From positions 2,820,001-2,852,000 of the forward strand of contig NZ_CP066018.1 in assembly GCF_016127575.1 (NCBI RefSeq): DNA of 32,000 nucleotides, in the 5' to 3' direction. A program made the translations under genes and the position numbers. Shown here in pieces: positions 17,965 through 26,227 of the stretch. Each line of letters opens with the position of its first letter. The stretch's first letter is position 1. The notes beneath the pieces were generated by a model that was not told where the DNA came from, did not search any database, and saw only the letters and a list, made by a program, of their open reading frames with translations. The DNA comes from Cupriavidus necator. Lineage in GTDB: Bacteria; Pseudomonadota; Gammaproteobacteria; Burkholderiales; Burkholderiaceae.

Positions 17965-18387
17965 ATGACACATCGCGCGCTCCGGCCGGCCAAGGTCCTC
18001 CTGCTGGCGGCCCTGCTGGGTTCCGGCCTGACGTTCAGTGCGGCGTCGATGGCCCAGGTGTCGGTCAATATTGCCATCGGCGTACCACCGCCGGCCCCGA
18101 TCTACGAGGTCGTGCCCGCACCGCGCTCCGGCTATGTCTGGATGCCGGGCTACTGGGACTGGGATGATCACCACCACAAGCACGCCTGGAAGAAGGGGCG
18201 CTGGGAACGTGAACGCCCCGGCTATATCTATGAGTCGCCGCGCTGGATCCAGTCGCGCGACGGCTGGGTGCTGGTGCCGGGTCGCTGGGACCAGGGCGGG
18301 TACAAGGACAAGGGGCAGAAGGATAAGGGCCACAAGGACAAGGGCTATCACTGCCCACCCGGCCACGCCAAGAAGGGCGAGTGCTGA
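17965..18387 (+). CDS. Secreted YXWGXW/WxxGxW-repeat protein with a KDKG-repeat tail
   Basis: ATG 17965 follows AGAAAGGA. The signal peptide ends SMA-QV. Repeats GYVWMPGYWDW and GWVLVPGRWD are present. The C-terminus is KDKGQKDKGHKDKGYHCPPGHAKKGEC. Confidence 0.7.
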   Translation: MTHRALRPAKVLLLAALLGSGLTFSAASMAQVSVNIAIGVPPPAPIYEVVPAPRSGYVWMPGYWDWDDHHHKHAWKKGRWERERPGYIYESPRWIQSRDGWVLVPGRWDQGGYKDKGQKDKGHKDKGYHCPPGHAKKGEC

Positions 18388-18500
18388 GGTGCCGGCCACC
18401 GGGCGCAGCACGGTGACGCCGGGTGGCCTTGCCATGCTACGATCGCCGCCATGACAACCGCGCCCACGCGGCACATCGGCGGCGGATACCGGAGGTAGCA

Positions 18501-18725
18501 ATGGCAAAGCACGTTTTCACGCGCGCGCAGTATCTCGACATCCTCAATGACAGCCTGCGCAAGCATCCCGGCTGGCAGCCCGGCATGGCCTTTGTGTTCC
18601 TGCCGCCTGGCGCCGATGCCAGCCAGGCCACGGCCGTGGGCTGCACCGGGCCGATGGAGGCCATTCCTGTCTATGCGGAAATCCAGCGGGTGGCTGCCGA
18701 ACTGATCGAAGTCGGCAACGAATAG
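18501..18725 (+). CDS. Hypothetical 74-aa protein
   Basis: GGAGG lies 5 nt upstream of ATG 18501. No recognised family. Confidence 0.5.
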   Translation: MAKHVFTRAQYLDILNDSLRKHPGWQPGMAFVFLPPGADASQATAVGCTGPMEAIPVYAEIQRVAAELIEVGNE

Positions 18726-18802
18726 CGGCGCCGGTCGCGTTGCGGCCGGTGGGTGCCGCGAGTGCGTACAATACCGGCCTCTACAGACTTTCGGATAATG
18801 CC

Positions 18803-19084
18803 GTGAAGAAAACGGACCTGGAAAAAAACAAGGGCCTGAAGATCGCCAACAGCCTGAAGCAGGCTTCGGCGGGCCGGGGTATTCCCGGCGGCGCTGCGCG
18901 CCCGGACCGGCGCGAACAGCGCCGGCTGGACCAGGAGCAAGGTCTGGTGCCCTTTGCGTGCAAGCTGGACGGCACGCTGGTCAAGCGCCTGCAAGCGCTT
19001 GCCGTGGATCACCCGGGTGGCATGACCGGGCTGCTCAATGAGCTGCTGGCGGGCGCGTTGCCGCCGGAGCAGGGCCAGAGCTGA
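18803..19084 (+). CDS. Hypothetical ~93-aa protein (start uncertain)
   Basis: ORF 18740..19084. A TACAAT at 18767-18772 suggests transcription starts inside the long version, so I favour GTG 18803 (VKKTDLEKNK...). The middle is basic and low-complexity. The C-terminal LVPFACKLDGTLVKRLQALA could be a ribbon-helix-helix-like strand-helix, which is speculative. Confidence 0.4.
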   Translation: MKKTDLEKNKGLKIANSLKQASAGRGIPGGAARPDRREQRRLDQEQGLVPFACKLDGTLVKRLQALAVDHPGGMTGLLNELLAGALPPEQGQS

Positions 19085-19089
19085 AATAT

Positions 19090-19111
19090 GGTGGCCGCGC
19101 CCGCGGCCACC
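19090..19111. terminator. Perfect 10-bp GC hairpin between convergent genes
   Basis: GGTGGCCGCG CC CGCGGCCACC. There is no clean U-tract on either side (ATATTTC on the minus strand), so terminator function is uncertain. Confidence 0.35.
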
Positions 19112-19139
19112 TGCCTGACCCCATCAGGTCGCGAGCGGG

Positions 19140-19517
19140 TCAGTCCTCTTCTTCGTCAAGGAATTCGCGGCGCAGCATCCAGTTGGCGATGGCTTCGTCG
19201 CAGATGCGCTTGAATTTCTGCTTGTCCGGCATCTTGTCGAACAGCTGGAAATTGACCAGCGCCATGCCGGCATCGGTGATATAGAACATCCGGCTCGGAT
19301 CGTCTTCATGGACGATGCGGCCATCGATGGCGTCTTCCTCGCTTTCCGCCGGCATGTCTTCTAGCTCGACCACGCGGCAGGTGAAGCGCGGGCTGCGGGT
19401 ATGGGTCAGATACTCGAACTCGTCGTGCATGACCTCGCCGCCTTTGCCTGCGATAACGGCGAAGCCCCAGATAAAGCGGGGCATCGGCAGATCGGACAGA
19501 TCTTCAATCTCGTCCAT
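19140..19517 (-). CDS. Hypothetical highly acidic 125-aa cytoplasmic protein
   Basis: GGGAGA lies upstream of ATG 19517. Both the N-terminus (MDEIEDLSD) and C-terminus (FLDEEED) are acidic. No TM segment or signal peptide and no recognised family. Confidence 0.6.
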   Translation of the reverse strand: MDEIEDLSDLPMPRFIWGFAVIAGKGGEVMHDEFEYLTHTRSPRFTCRVVELEDMPAESEEDAIDGRIVHEDDPSRMFYITDAGMALVNFQLFDKMPDKQKFKRICDEAIANWMLRREFLDEEED

Positions 19518-19586
19518 GGTGTTCTCCCTGATTCAATCCCCGCATTATCGCCCGGAACGCCGCCACCTCAAACGTTGACGTGGCGC

Positions 19587-19964
19587 TTAGGGCTTTGCCT
19601 GGCAGTTGGCCAGCGCCGGCGCGGCGTTTTCGGCCTGCATCAGGTCGCGCAGCGTGCCTTCCTCGCCCTTGGTCCACCATTCGTAGCGGCCGCCGGCATA
19701 GCGCGCGCCGGAGGCCGACACGGTGCTGACCGCCAGCACGGGCTTGCCATCGATGCGGAACACCGCCGCCTGGTTGTCCGGACTGTTGAAATAGCGCACG
19801 GAAAGCGTCTTGCCGCCGTCGCACTGGTAGCGCACGGCGCGCACGTCCGGGAAGCGCACGCCGTCGATGCCGGGCGCACGGGCGGCGTGTGCCGCGGCGC
19901 ATGCGCCGAGGGTTGCGAGCAGGGCCACGGCGCGGGCGCAGGACAGGATCGGGCGAGTGGTCAT
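19587..19964 (-). CDS. MliC-family (membrane-bound lysozyme inhibitor of C-type lysozyme) lipoprotein
   Basis: 125 aa. The signal peptide has lipobox-like LGAC. The core reads VRYQCDGGKTLSVRYF...SASGARYAGGRYEWWTKGEEGTL...NC, matching the MliC pattern as I recall it. Confidence 0.7.
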   Translation of the reverse strand: MTTRPILSCARAVALLATLGACAAAHAARAPGIDGVRFPDVRAVRYQCDGGKTLSVRYFNSPDNQAAVFRIDGKPVLAVSTVSASGARYAGGRYEWWTKGEEGTLRDLMQAENAAPALANCQAKP

Positions 19965-20027
19965 GGCTTTGCCTTGGTCGATGGGTGGACTGTCAGCCAG
20001 TTGAGAGGGGCGGCGCCAGCGTCCGGG

Positions 20028-21632
20028 TCAGCCGAGCATGTAGCCGGCGGCGAGCGTGCGGAAACTCTCGATTTCGCGCGCCTGCCAGGCCTCGTCCTCG
20101 CCGAGTTCCTCGGCCAGAATAGCGGCCACGGCCGGCGCGGCGTCCACGGCGGCGCGCGCGTCCAGGAACAGCGCGCGGTTGCGGCGGGCCAGCACGTCCT
20201 CGACCCGGCGCGCCAGTTCGTGCCGGGCCGCAAAGCGCACGTGCGCTTCGGTCAGGCCTGACGCCGGTGCCAGCATGCGGTCATATCCGGGCAGCGCGCG
20301 CAGCAGGTCCAGCTCATTGCCGTAGTAGCGGTCCGGCGAGCCTGAATCCGGCGGCGGCAGCCCGGCCGGCAGCCCCGCCGCGCCGTGCAGGGGCAGCTCG
20401 GCGGTCACGCACGGGGCCGCGCGCACCATCTGGCGCTGGATCGCGGTCTCGATCACGTCTTCAGCCATCTTGCGGTAAGTGGTCCACTTGCCGCCGGTGA
20501 CGGTGATCAGCCCGGCCTTGGACACCAGGATCGTATGCTCGCGCGACAGCGACGCGGTAGAGGCCTCGCCGGTGGCCCGCACCAGCGGCCGCAGGCCGGC
20601 CCAGACACTGGTGACGTCGGCGCGGGTCGGGTCCCTGGCGAGGTAGCGCGACGCGGTTTCCAGGATGAAGTCGACGTCGTCGGCGCCGGCGTCTGGTTCC
20701 AGCGGCAGGTCGCGGCGCGGGGTGTCGGTGGTGCCGACGATGGTGTGGCCGTTCCAGGGCACCACGAACAGCACCCGGCCGTCGTCGGTCTTGGGGATCA
20801 GGATGGCGCGCTCGCCCGGCAGGAAGCTGCGCGGCAGCGTCAGGTGCACGCCCTGGCTGGGCGCGACCATGGCGCGCGCGTGGCCGTCTTCCATCTGCCG
20901 GATCGCATCGACCCACACGCCGGTGGCGTTGATCACGCAGTCGGCGCGCAGGTGGAAGGTGGCGTCGCCGAGCACATCCTGCACGGTCACGCCGCTGATC
21001 ACGCCGCCTTGCTGGCTCAGGCCCGTCACGCGCATGTAGTTGAGCGCGGTGCCGCCCACGTCGAACAGCGTGCGCATCAGCGCCACCGCCAGCCGCGCAT
21101 CGTCGAACTGGCCGTCGAAATACAGGTTGCCGCCGCGCAGCGGACGCCCGCCGACGTGCTCGGCCAGGTTGGGCGCCGCGGCCAGCACCTCGCGGTGGTT
21201 CAGCCAGCGGCTGCCGGCCAGGTTGAGGTCGCCGGCCAGCATGTCGTAGACCTTGAGGCCGATGCCGTAGAAGGGCTGGTCGAACAGCTGGTAGGCCGGC
21301 ACCACGAAGCCCAGCGGCCACACCAGGTGCGGCGCGTTGCGCGCCAGCAGGCCGCGCTCGTGCAGGGCCTCGCGCACCAGGCTGATATTGCCCTGGGCCA
21401 GGTAGCGCACGCCGCCATGCACCAGCTTGGTGGCCTTGCTGGAGGTGCCCTTGGCAAAATCCGCGGCTTCGACCAGCAGCGTGCGGTAGCCGCGCGAGGC
21501 GGCGTCGACTGCGGTGCCCAGGCCGGTGGCGCCGCCGCCGATGACGATCACATCCCAGCGCGGCTCGCGCTCCAGGGTGGCGAGCAGGGCGGCGCGGTCG
21601 GGGGGCTGGATCGGGGTGGAGACTCTCTGCAT
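20028..21632 (-). CDS. glpD: FAD-dependent aerobic glycerol-3-phosphate dehydrogenase
   Basis: 534 aa. The N-terminal dinucleotide fold is DVIVIGGGATGLGTAVDAASRG, followed by GTSSKATKLVHGGVRYL. It lies 39 bp downstream of glpK on the same strand. Confidence 0.9.
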   Translation of the reverse strand: MQRVSTPIQPPDRAALLATLEREPRWDVIVIGGGATGLGTAVDAASRGYRTLLVEAADFAKGTSSKATKLVHGGVRYLAQGNISLVREALHERGLLARNAPHLVWPLGFVVPAYQLFDQPFYGIGLKVYDMLAGDLNLAGSRWLNHREVLAAAPNLAEHVGGRPLRGGNLYFDGQFDDARLAVALMRTLFDVGGTALNYMRVTGLSQQGGVISGVTVQDVLGDATFHLRADCVINATGVWVDAIRQMEDGHARAMVAPSQGVHLTLPRSFLPGERAILIPKTDDGRVLFVVPWNGHTIVGTTDTPRRDLPLEPDAGADDVDFILETASRYLARDPTRADVTSVWAGLRPLVRATGEASTASLSREHTILVSKAGLITVTGGKWTTYRKMAEDVIETAIQRQMVRAAPCVTAELPLHGAAGLPAGLPPPDSGSPDRYYGNELDLLRALPGYDRMLAPASGLTEAHVRFAARHELARRVEDVLARRNRALFLDARAAVDAAPAVAAILAEELGEDEAWQAREIESFRTLAAGYMLG

Positions 21633-21671
21633 GACGCTTTTCTTGGGGGTGTGTTCGGGGTGGGCCGGCGC

Positions 21672-23243
21672 TCAGGCGTGGCTGCCGCTGGCTTCGTCCT
21701 CGCGCGCCCAGTCGCGCGCGCGGTCGACTGCGCGATGCCAGCGCGCCAGCCGGTGGCCGCGCGCGTCAGCCGACAGGTTCGGCTCAAAGCGCCGCTCCAC
21801 CTGCCATTGCTGCGCGATCTCCGCCGGATCGCTCCAGTAACCGGTGGCCAGTCCCGCCAGGTAGGCGGCGCCCAGCGCGGTGGTTTCGGTCACGCGCGGG
21901 CGGACCACCGGGGTGCCGAGCAGGTCGGCCTGCATCTGCATCAGCAGGTCGCTGCGCGAGGCGCCACCGTCCACGCGCAGTTCGGCCAGCGAGATGCCGG
22001 CATCCTTCCGCATGGCTTCCAGCACGTCGACGCTCTGCAGCGCGATCGATTCCAGCGCCGCGCGCGCGATCTGCGGCCGGCCGGTGCCGCGCGTCATGCC
22101 AACCAGCGTGCCGCGTGCAAACGGGTCCCAGTGCGGCGCGCCCAGGCCGGCAAAGGCGGGCACCAGCACCACGCCGCCGGTGTCGTCGCACTGGCGCGCC
22201 AGCGGCTCGACCTCGGGAGCGCTATTGATGATCTTGAGGCCGTCGCGCAGCCACTGGATGGTGGCGCCGCCCATGAACACGCCGCCTTCCAGGCAATATT
22301 GCGTCTGGCCGCGGATCTGCCAGCCGATCGTGGTCAGCAGCCGGTTGTGCGACGTGACCGGCTGCGAGCCGGTATTCATCAGCAGGAAGCAGCCGGTGCC
22401 GTAGGTGTTCTTGGCCATGCCCGGCGACAGGCAGGCCTGGCCGAAGGTGGCGGCCTGCTGGTCGCCGGCGATGCCGGCAATGGGGATCTGCATGCCGAAC
22501 AGCCGCGCCGAGGTGCGCGCCACCTCGCCGCTGGACGCCACCACCTCGGGCAGCAGCGCGTGCGGGATGTCCAGCAGCGCCAGCAGCGCATCGTCCCACT
22601 CGAAGTTGTGGATATTGAACAGCATGGTGCGCGAGGCATTTGACACATCGGTGACATGGCGCGCGCCGTCGGTCAACTGCCAGATCAGCCAGCTGTCGAC
22701 GGTGCCGAAGGCCAGCTCGCCGCGCTGGGCGCGTTCGCGCGCGCCTTCGATGTTGTCGAGCATCCAGCGCAGCTTGGTGCCGGAGAAGTAGGCATCGATG
22801 ATCAGGCCGGTCTTGTCGCGGAACAGCTCGCCGTGGCCGGCGGCCTGCAGCGCCTCGCACATGGGCGCGGTGCGGCGGTCCTGCCAGACCAGCGCGCGCC
22901 CGACCGGCTCGCCGGTCTTGCGGTCCCACAGCACAGTGGTCTCGCGCTGGTTGGTGATGCCGATGGCGCGCACCTGCGCGGCCGAGATGCCGGCATCGGA
23001 CAGCACCGCGTGCGCCACCGCCAGCTGCGATTGCCAGATCTCGTAGGGGTCGTGCTCGACATGGCCGGGATGTGGGTAATATTGGCGGAACTCGCGCTGC
23101 GCGAGCCGCACCACATTGCCGGCATGGTCGAACAGGATGGCCCGCGAGCTGCTGGTGCCCTGGTCGAGCGCCAGCACATATTGCGGCTCGGTGGGAAGCT
23201 GGGACGATGCAGGGCGCTGGGCCTGCGCGGCTGGCTGGTTCAT
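21672..23243 (-). CDS. glpK: Glycerol kinase
   Basis: The track ORF (600 aa) is over-extended. ATG 23243 (MNQPAAQAQ...) gives 523 aa. The FGGY kinase N-terminus is [18 protein letters not shown], followed by [12 protein letters not shown] and GCFLLMNTG. Confidence 0.93.
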   Translation of the reverse strand: MNQPAAQAQRPASSQLPTEPQYVLALDQGTSSSRAILFDHAGNVVRLAQREFRQYYPHPGHVEHDPYEIWQSQLAVAHAVLSDAGISAAQVRAIGITNQRETTVLWDRKTGEPVGRALVWQDRRTAPMCEALQAAGHGELFRDKTGLIIDAYFSGTKLRWMLDNIEGARERAQRGELAFGTVDSWLIWQLTDGARHVTDVSNASRTMLFNIHNFEWDDALLALLDIPHALLPEVVASSGEVARTSARLFGMQIPIAGIAGDQQAATFGQACLSPGMAKNTYGTGCFLLMNTGSQPVTSHNRLLTTIGWQIRGQTQYCLEGGVFMGGATIQWLRDGLKIINSAPEVEPLARQCDDTGGVVLVPAFAGLGAPHWDPFARGTLVGMTRGTGRPQIARAALESIALQSVDVLEAMRKDAGISLAELRVDGGASRSDLLMQMQADLLGTPVVRPRVTETTALGAAYLAGLATGYWSDPAEIAQQWQVERRFEPNLSADARGHRLARWHRAVDRARDWAREDEASGSHA

Positions 23244-23299
23244 GCGTTCAATCCTGACAATGACAAAGCACGCCGGCCCGGCCGGCGCATGGATTCCTG

Positions 23300-24199
23300 A
23301 TGGCTGAAACGTCTTCCTTGCCGCCCGCGGACGCCGCAGGCAACTTCGCCGCCGATCCCGCCGCGCAGATCGCCGCCTCGCTGGCGGCGCGCAGCGGCTT
23401 CGACGCCGCCGCCAAGCTGCGCCTGATGGCGGCAGGCCAGCAGGTTGGCTGGCTGCCGCGTGCCCATGCGGCAATCTTGCGCGGTATGGGCGCCATCCTC
23501 GGCCCGGACGAGCGCCTGGCCGATGGCACCACGGCGGCAGAACTGCTGCCCGGGCGCAATGACTTCGACGCGCGCAGCGCCGCGCTGCAGGCGCTGGCCC
23601 GCCAGCTGGCCGATGCCGGCCATGTGCGCGGCTGGCGTGACGAACTGTTCGCGGTCACCCCTGCGCAGGACGCGCCCGCACTTGCCGTGGTGGAGCGCGC
23701 GGCGGCGCGCTTTCTCGGGCTGCTGACCTTTGCCTCGCACATGAACGGCATTGTGGATGGCGATGTCGACGGCGGTCCCGCCCTGTGGATCTCGCGGCGC
23801 AGCCCGGCCAAGTCGGTCGACCCCGGCATGTGGGACAACCTGGTCGCCGGCGGCATGCCGCACGGCAGCGATCCGCTGGCGACGCTGGTGCGCGAATGCG
23901 AGGAAGAATCCGGCATCCCGCCCGCGCTGGCGCAGGGCGCGCAGGCCCACGGCATGATCGAGGTGCTGCGCGACCTGCCCGAAGGCGTACAGTGGGAGCA
24001 GGTCTACGTCTACGACCTGCTGCTGCCGCCCGGCTTCACGCCGCGCAACCAGGATGGCGAGGTCAGCGAGCACCGGCGCGTCGATGTGGCCGCATTGCTT
24101 GCTATCATGTCGGCCGGCGCCATGACGGTTGATGCGACACTGGTGACGCTGGATGCCCTTGGGCGGCGCGGCTGGCTCGGTCCTGACCATCGCGCCTGA
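23300..24199 (+). CDS. NUDIX hydrolase with an N-terminal extension
   Basis: The Nudix box is [23 protein letters not shown]. The start is uncertain: ATG 23300 leaves only 56 bp to glpK, and an internal Met (MAAGQQVGW) is an alternative. Confidence 0.72.
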   Translation: MAETSSLPPADAAGNFAADPAAQIAASLAARSGFDAAAKLRLMAAGQQVGWLPRAHAAILRGMGAILGPDERLADGTTAAELLPGRNDFDARSAALQALARQLADAGHVRGWRDELFAVTPAQDAPALAVVERAAARFLGLLTFASHMNGIVDGDVDGGPALWISRRSPAKSVDPGMWDNLVAGGMPHGSDPLATLVRECEEESGIPPALAQGAQAHGMIEVLRDLPEGVQWEQVYVYDLLLPPGFTPRNQDGEVSEHRRVDVAALLAIMSAGAMTVDATLVTLDALGRRGWLGPDHRA

Positions 24200-24295
24200 G
24201 CCGTCGCCGCGGGTTCCGCCTGTGCCGGTCTTGCCGACCGCGCTGACCTGATTTTTCCGGCCTTGCGCCGCGCCACTCCGACAGAACAACACACC

Positions 24296-25162
24296 ATGAG
24301 CAACACCGGATTCATCCTGACCCTCTCGTGCCCTGACCAGCCGGGCATTGTCCATGCCGTCTCGGGCCTGCTGTTCCAGCACGGCTGCAATATCGTCGAT
24401 TCCGACCAGTACGGTGACGAGTACGCCGGCCGCTTCTTCATGCGCGTGCATTTCACGCCGGCCGCCGGCGGCCCGGACCTGGACACGCTGAAGGCCGCGT
24501 TCGCGCCGGTGGGCGACCAGTTCAGCATGCAGTGGGAGCTGAACGACGCCGCGGTCAAGCCGCGCGTGATGATCATGGTGTCCAAGATCGGCCACTGCCT
24601 GAACGACCTGCTGTTCCGCGCCAAGGTGGGCGGCCTGCCGGTCGAGATCGCGGCCATCGTCTCGAACCACCGCGACTTCTACCAGCTGGCGGCATCGTAT
24701 GACGTGCCGTTCTTCCACCTGCCGCTGATGAACGCCTCGGCCGAGCAGAAGGCAGCGCAGGAAGCGCGCGTGTTCGACGTGGTGCAGGAGCAGAAGATCG
24801 ACCTGGTGGTGCTGGCGCGCTACATGCAGGTGCTGTCCGATGACCTGTGCCGCAAGCTGGCCGGCCGCGCGATCAATATCCACCACTCGTTCCTGCCCAG
24901 CTTCAAGGGCGCCAAGCCGTACTACCAGGCGCATGAGCGCGGCGTGAAGCTGATCGGCGCGACCGCGCACTATGTCACCGCCGACCTGGACGAAGGCCCG
25001 ATCATCGAGCAGGAGATCGAGCGCGTGGACCACAGCATGGACCCGGAGCAACTGACCGCCGTCGGCCGCGACGTGGAATGCGTGGCACTGGCGCGCGCGG
25101 TCAAGTGGCATGCCGAACACCGTATCCTGCTGAACGGCCACAAGACCGTGGTGTTCAAGTAA
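24296..25162 (+). CDS. purU: Formyltetrahydrofolate deformylase
   Basis: ATG 24296 (MSNTGFILTLSCPDQPGIVHAVSGLLF). An N-terminal ACT domain is followed by the formyltransferase core HHSFLPSFKGAKPYYQAHERGVKLIGATAHYVTADLDEGPII. Confidence 0.9.
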   Translation: MSNTGFILTLSCPDQPGIVHAVSGLLFQHGCNIVDSDQYGDEYAGRFFMRVHFTPAAGGPDLDTLKAAFAPVGDQFSMQWELNDAAVKPRVMIMVSKIGHCLNDLLFRAKVGGLPVEIAAIVSNHRDFYQLAASYDVPFFHLPLMNASAEQKAAQEARVFDVVQEQKIDLVVLARYMQVLSDDLCRKLAGRAINIHHSFLPSFKGAKPYYQAHERGVKLIGATAHYVTADLDEGPIIEQEIERVDHSMDPEQLTAVGRDVECVALARAVKWHAEHRILLNGHKTVVFK

Positions 25163-25185
25163 TTCTCTGCCCGACCCTCGGTGTT

Positions 25186-25228
25186 CGCCCCTCTCCCGCT
25201 TGCGGGAGAAGGGCCGGGGGAGAGGGCT
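25186..25228. repeat. REP-like GC-rich palindromic element
   Basis: CGCCCCTCTCCCGCTTGCGGGAGAAGGGCCGGGGGAGAGGGC. CCCTCTCCCGC pairs with GCGGGAGAAGGG with one mismatch, and alternatively CCCTCTCCC pairs with GGGAGAGGG. It resembles the CCTCTCCC...GGGAGAGG intergenic repeats common in Burkholderiales. It lies 24 nt after the purU stop, so it may also act as a terminator or stabiliser. Confidence 0.45.
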
Positions 25229-25298
25229 GGCCTGTCGCAAGAGCGAGGCGCCGGGCATCACCGCCAGCAAGGCAGCCTCAAGCCGGTCCCCGGCGCGC

Positions 25299-26069
25299 TC
25301 ACTCCCGCTCCGCCACCACACACTTCACCCCACTGTCGGCCACGATCTGGTCGAACGGCGCTGCCAGCGGCTCGTCGGTAAAGAGCCGGTCGACCTGCGA
25401 CACATGCGCCAGCTCCACCATCGCCTGGCGATTGAACTTGCTGGCGTCCGCCGCCAGCCACACCTCGCGTGAATGCTCGATGATGGTCCGCGCCACCTTG
25501 ACCTCGCGGAAATCGTAGTCGCGCAGCGTGCCGTCGGTCTCGATGCCCGAGATGCCGATCAGCCCGATATCCACCTTGAACTGGCGGATGAACTCCACCG
25601 TGGCCTCGCCCACGATGCCGCGGTCGCGTGAGCGCAGCACGCCGCCGGCGACGATGACCTCGCAATCGGGGTTGTCGGCAAGGATATTGGCCACATTCAG
25701 GTTGTTGGTGATCACGCGCAGCCCGCGGTGGTGCATCAGTTCGCGCGCTATCTCTTCCACCGTGGTGCCGATGTTCAGGATCAGCGAGCAGCCCTCGGGC
25801 ACCGCAGCGGCCACCGCGCGCGCGATGCGCGCCTTGCCCTCGGCGTTGAGCACCTGCCGCTGCCGGTAGGCGATGTTCTCGGTGGTGGAGCCCTCCACCC
25901 GCACCCCGCCATGGAAGCGCGCCAGCATGCCGTTCCCGGCCAGCAGGTTGACATCGCGGCGCACCGTCTGGAGCGTGACGCCGAATTTGCGCGCAAGTTC
26001 GTCGATGGAGGCAAAGCCCTGGGTGCGGACTTCTTCGAGCAGGGCCGTCTGGCGGGGATTCAGGGTCAT
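25299..26069 (-). CDS. glpR: DeoR-family repressor, GlpR-type
   Basis: 256 aa. The N-terminal HTH is RQTALLEEVRTQGFASIDELARKFGVTLQTVRRDVNLL and the C-terminus is a DeoR sugar-phosphate-binding domain. It is divergent from the glycerol ABC operon. Confidence 0.85.
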   Translation of the reverse strand: MTLNPRQTALLEEVRTQGFASIDELARKFGVTLQTVRRDVNLLAGNGMLARFHGGVRVEGSTTENIAYRQRQVLNAEGKARIARAVAAAVPEGCSLILNIGTTVEEIARELMHHRGLRVITNNLNVANILADNPDCEVIVAGGVLRSRDRGIVGEATVEFIRQFKVDIGLIGISGIETDGTLRDYDFREVKVARTIIEHSREVWLAADASKFNRQAMVELAHVSQVDRLFTDEPLAAPFDQIVADSGVKCVVAERE

Positions 26070-26126
26070 GCCGGGATTCTAGTTCAAACAGAAACGAAAA
26101 CAAATGATGCAGTGCACTATTGTTTT

Positions 26127-26154
26127 ACGTTCGTTTTGTTGCTAAAACGAACGT
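26127..26154. promoter_or_regulatory. Perfect 11-bp inverted repeat, candidate GlpR operator
   Basis: ACGTTCGTTTT-GTTGCT-AAAACGAACGT sits in the AT-rich glpR/ABC divergent region. A related half-site GAAACGAAAAC is at 26091-26101. The TTCG/CGAA core resembles the E. coli GlpR operator half-sites as I recall them. Confidence 0.5.
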
Positions 26155-26227
26155 CAAGCCAAGACTTTTGTGCCTGCATCGCGCGCCAAAGCTGTGCTGC
26201 GGGAAGCATATCGAACATGGAGACCGG

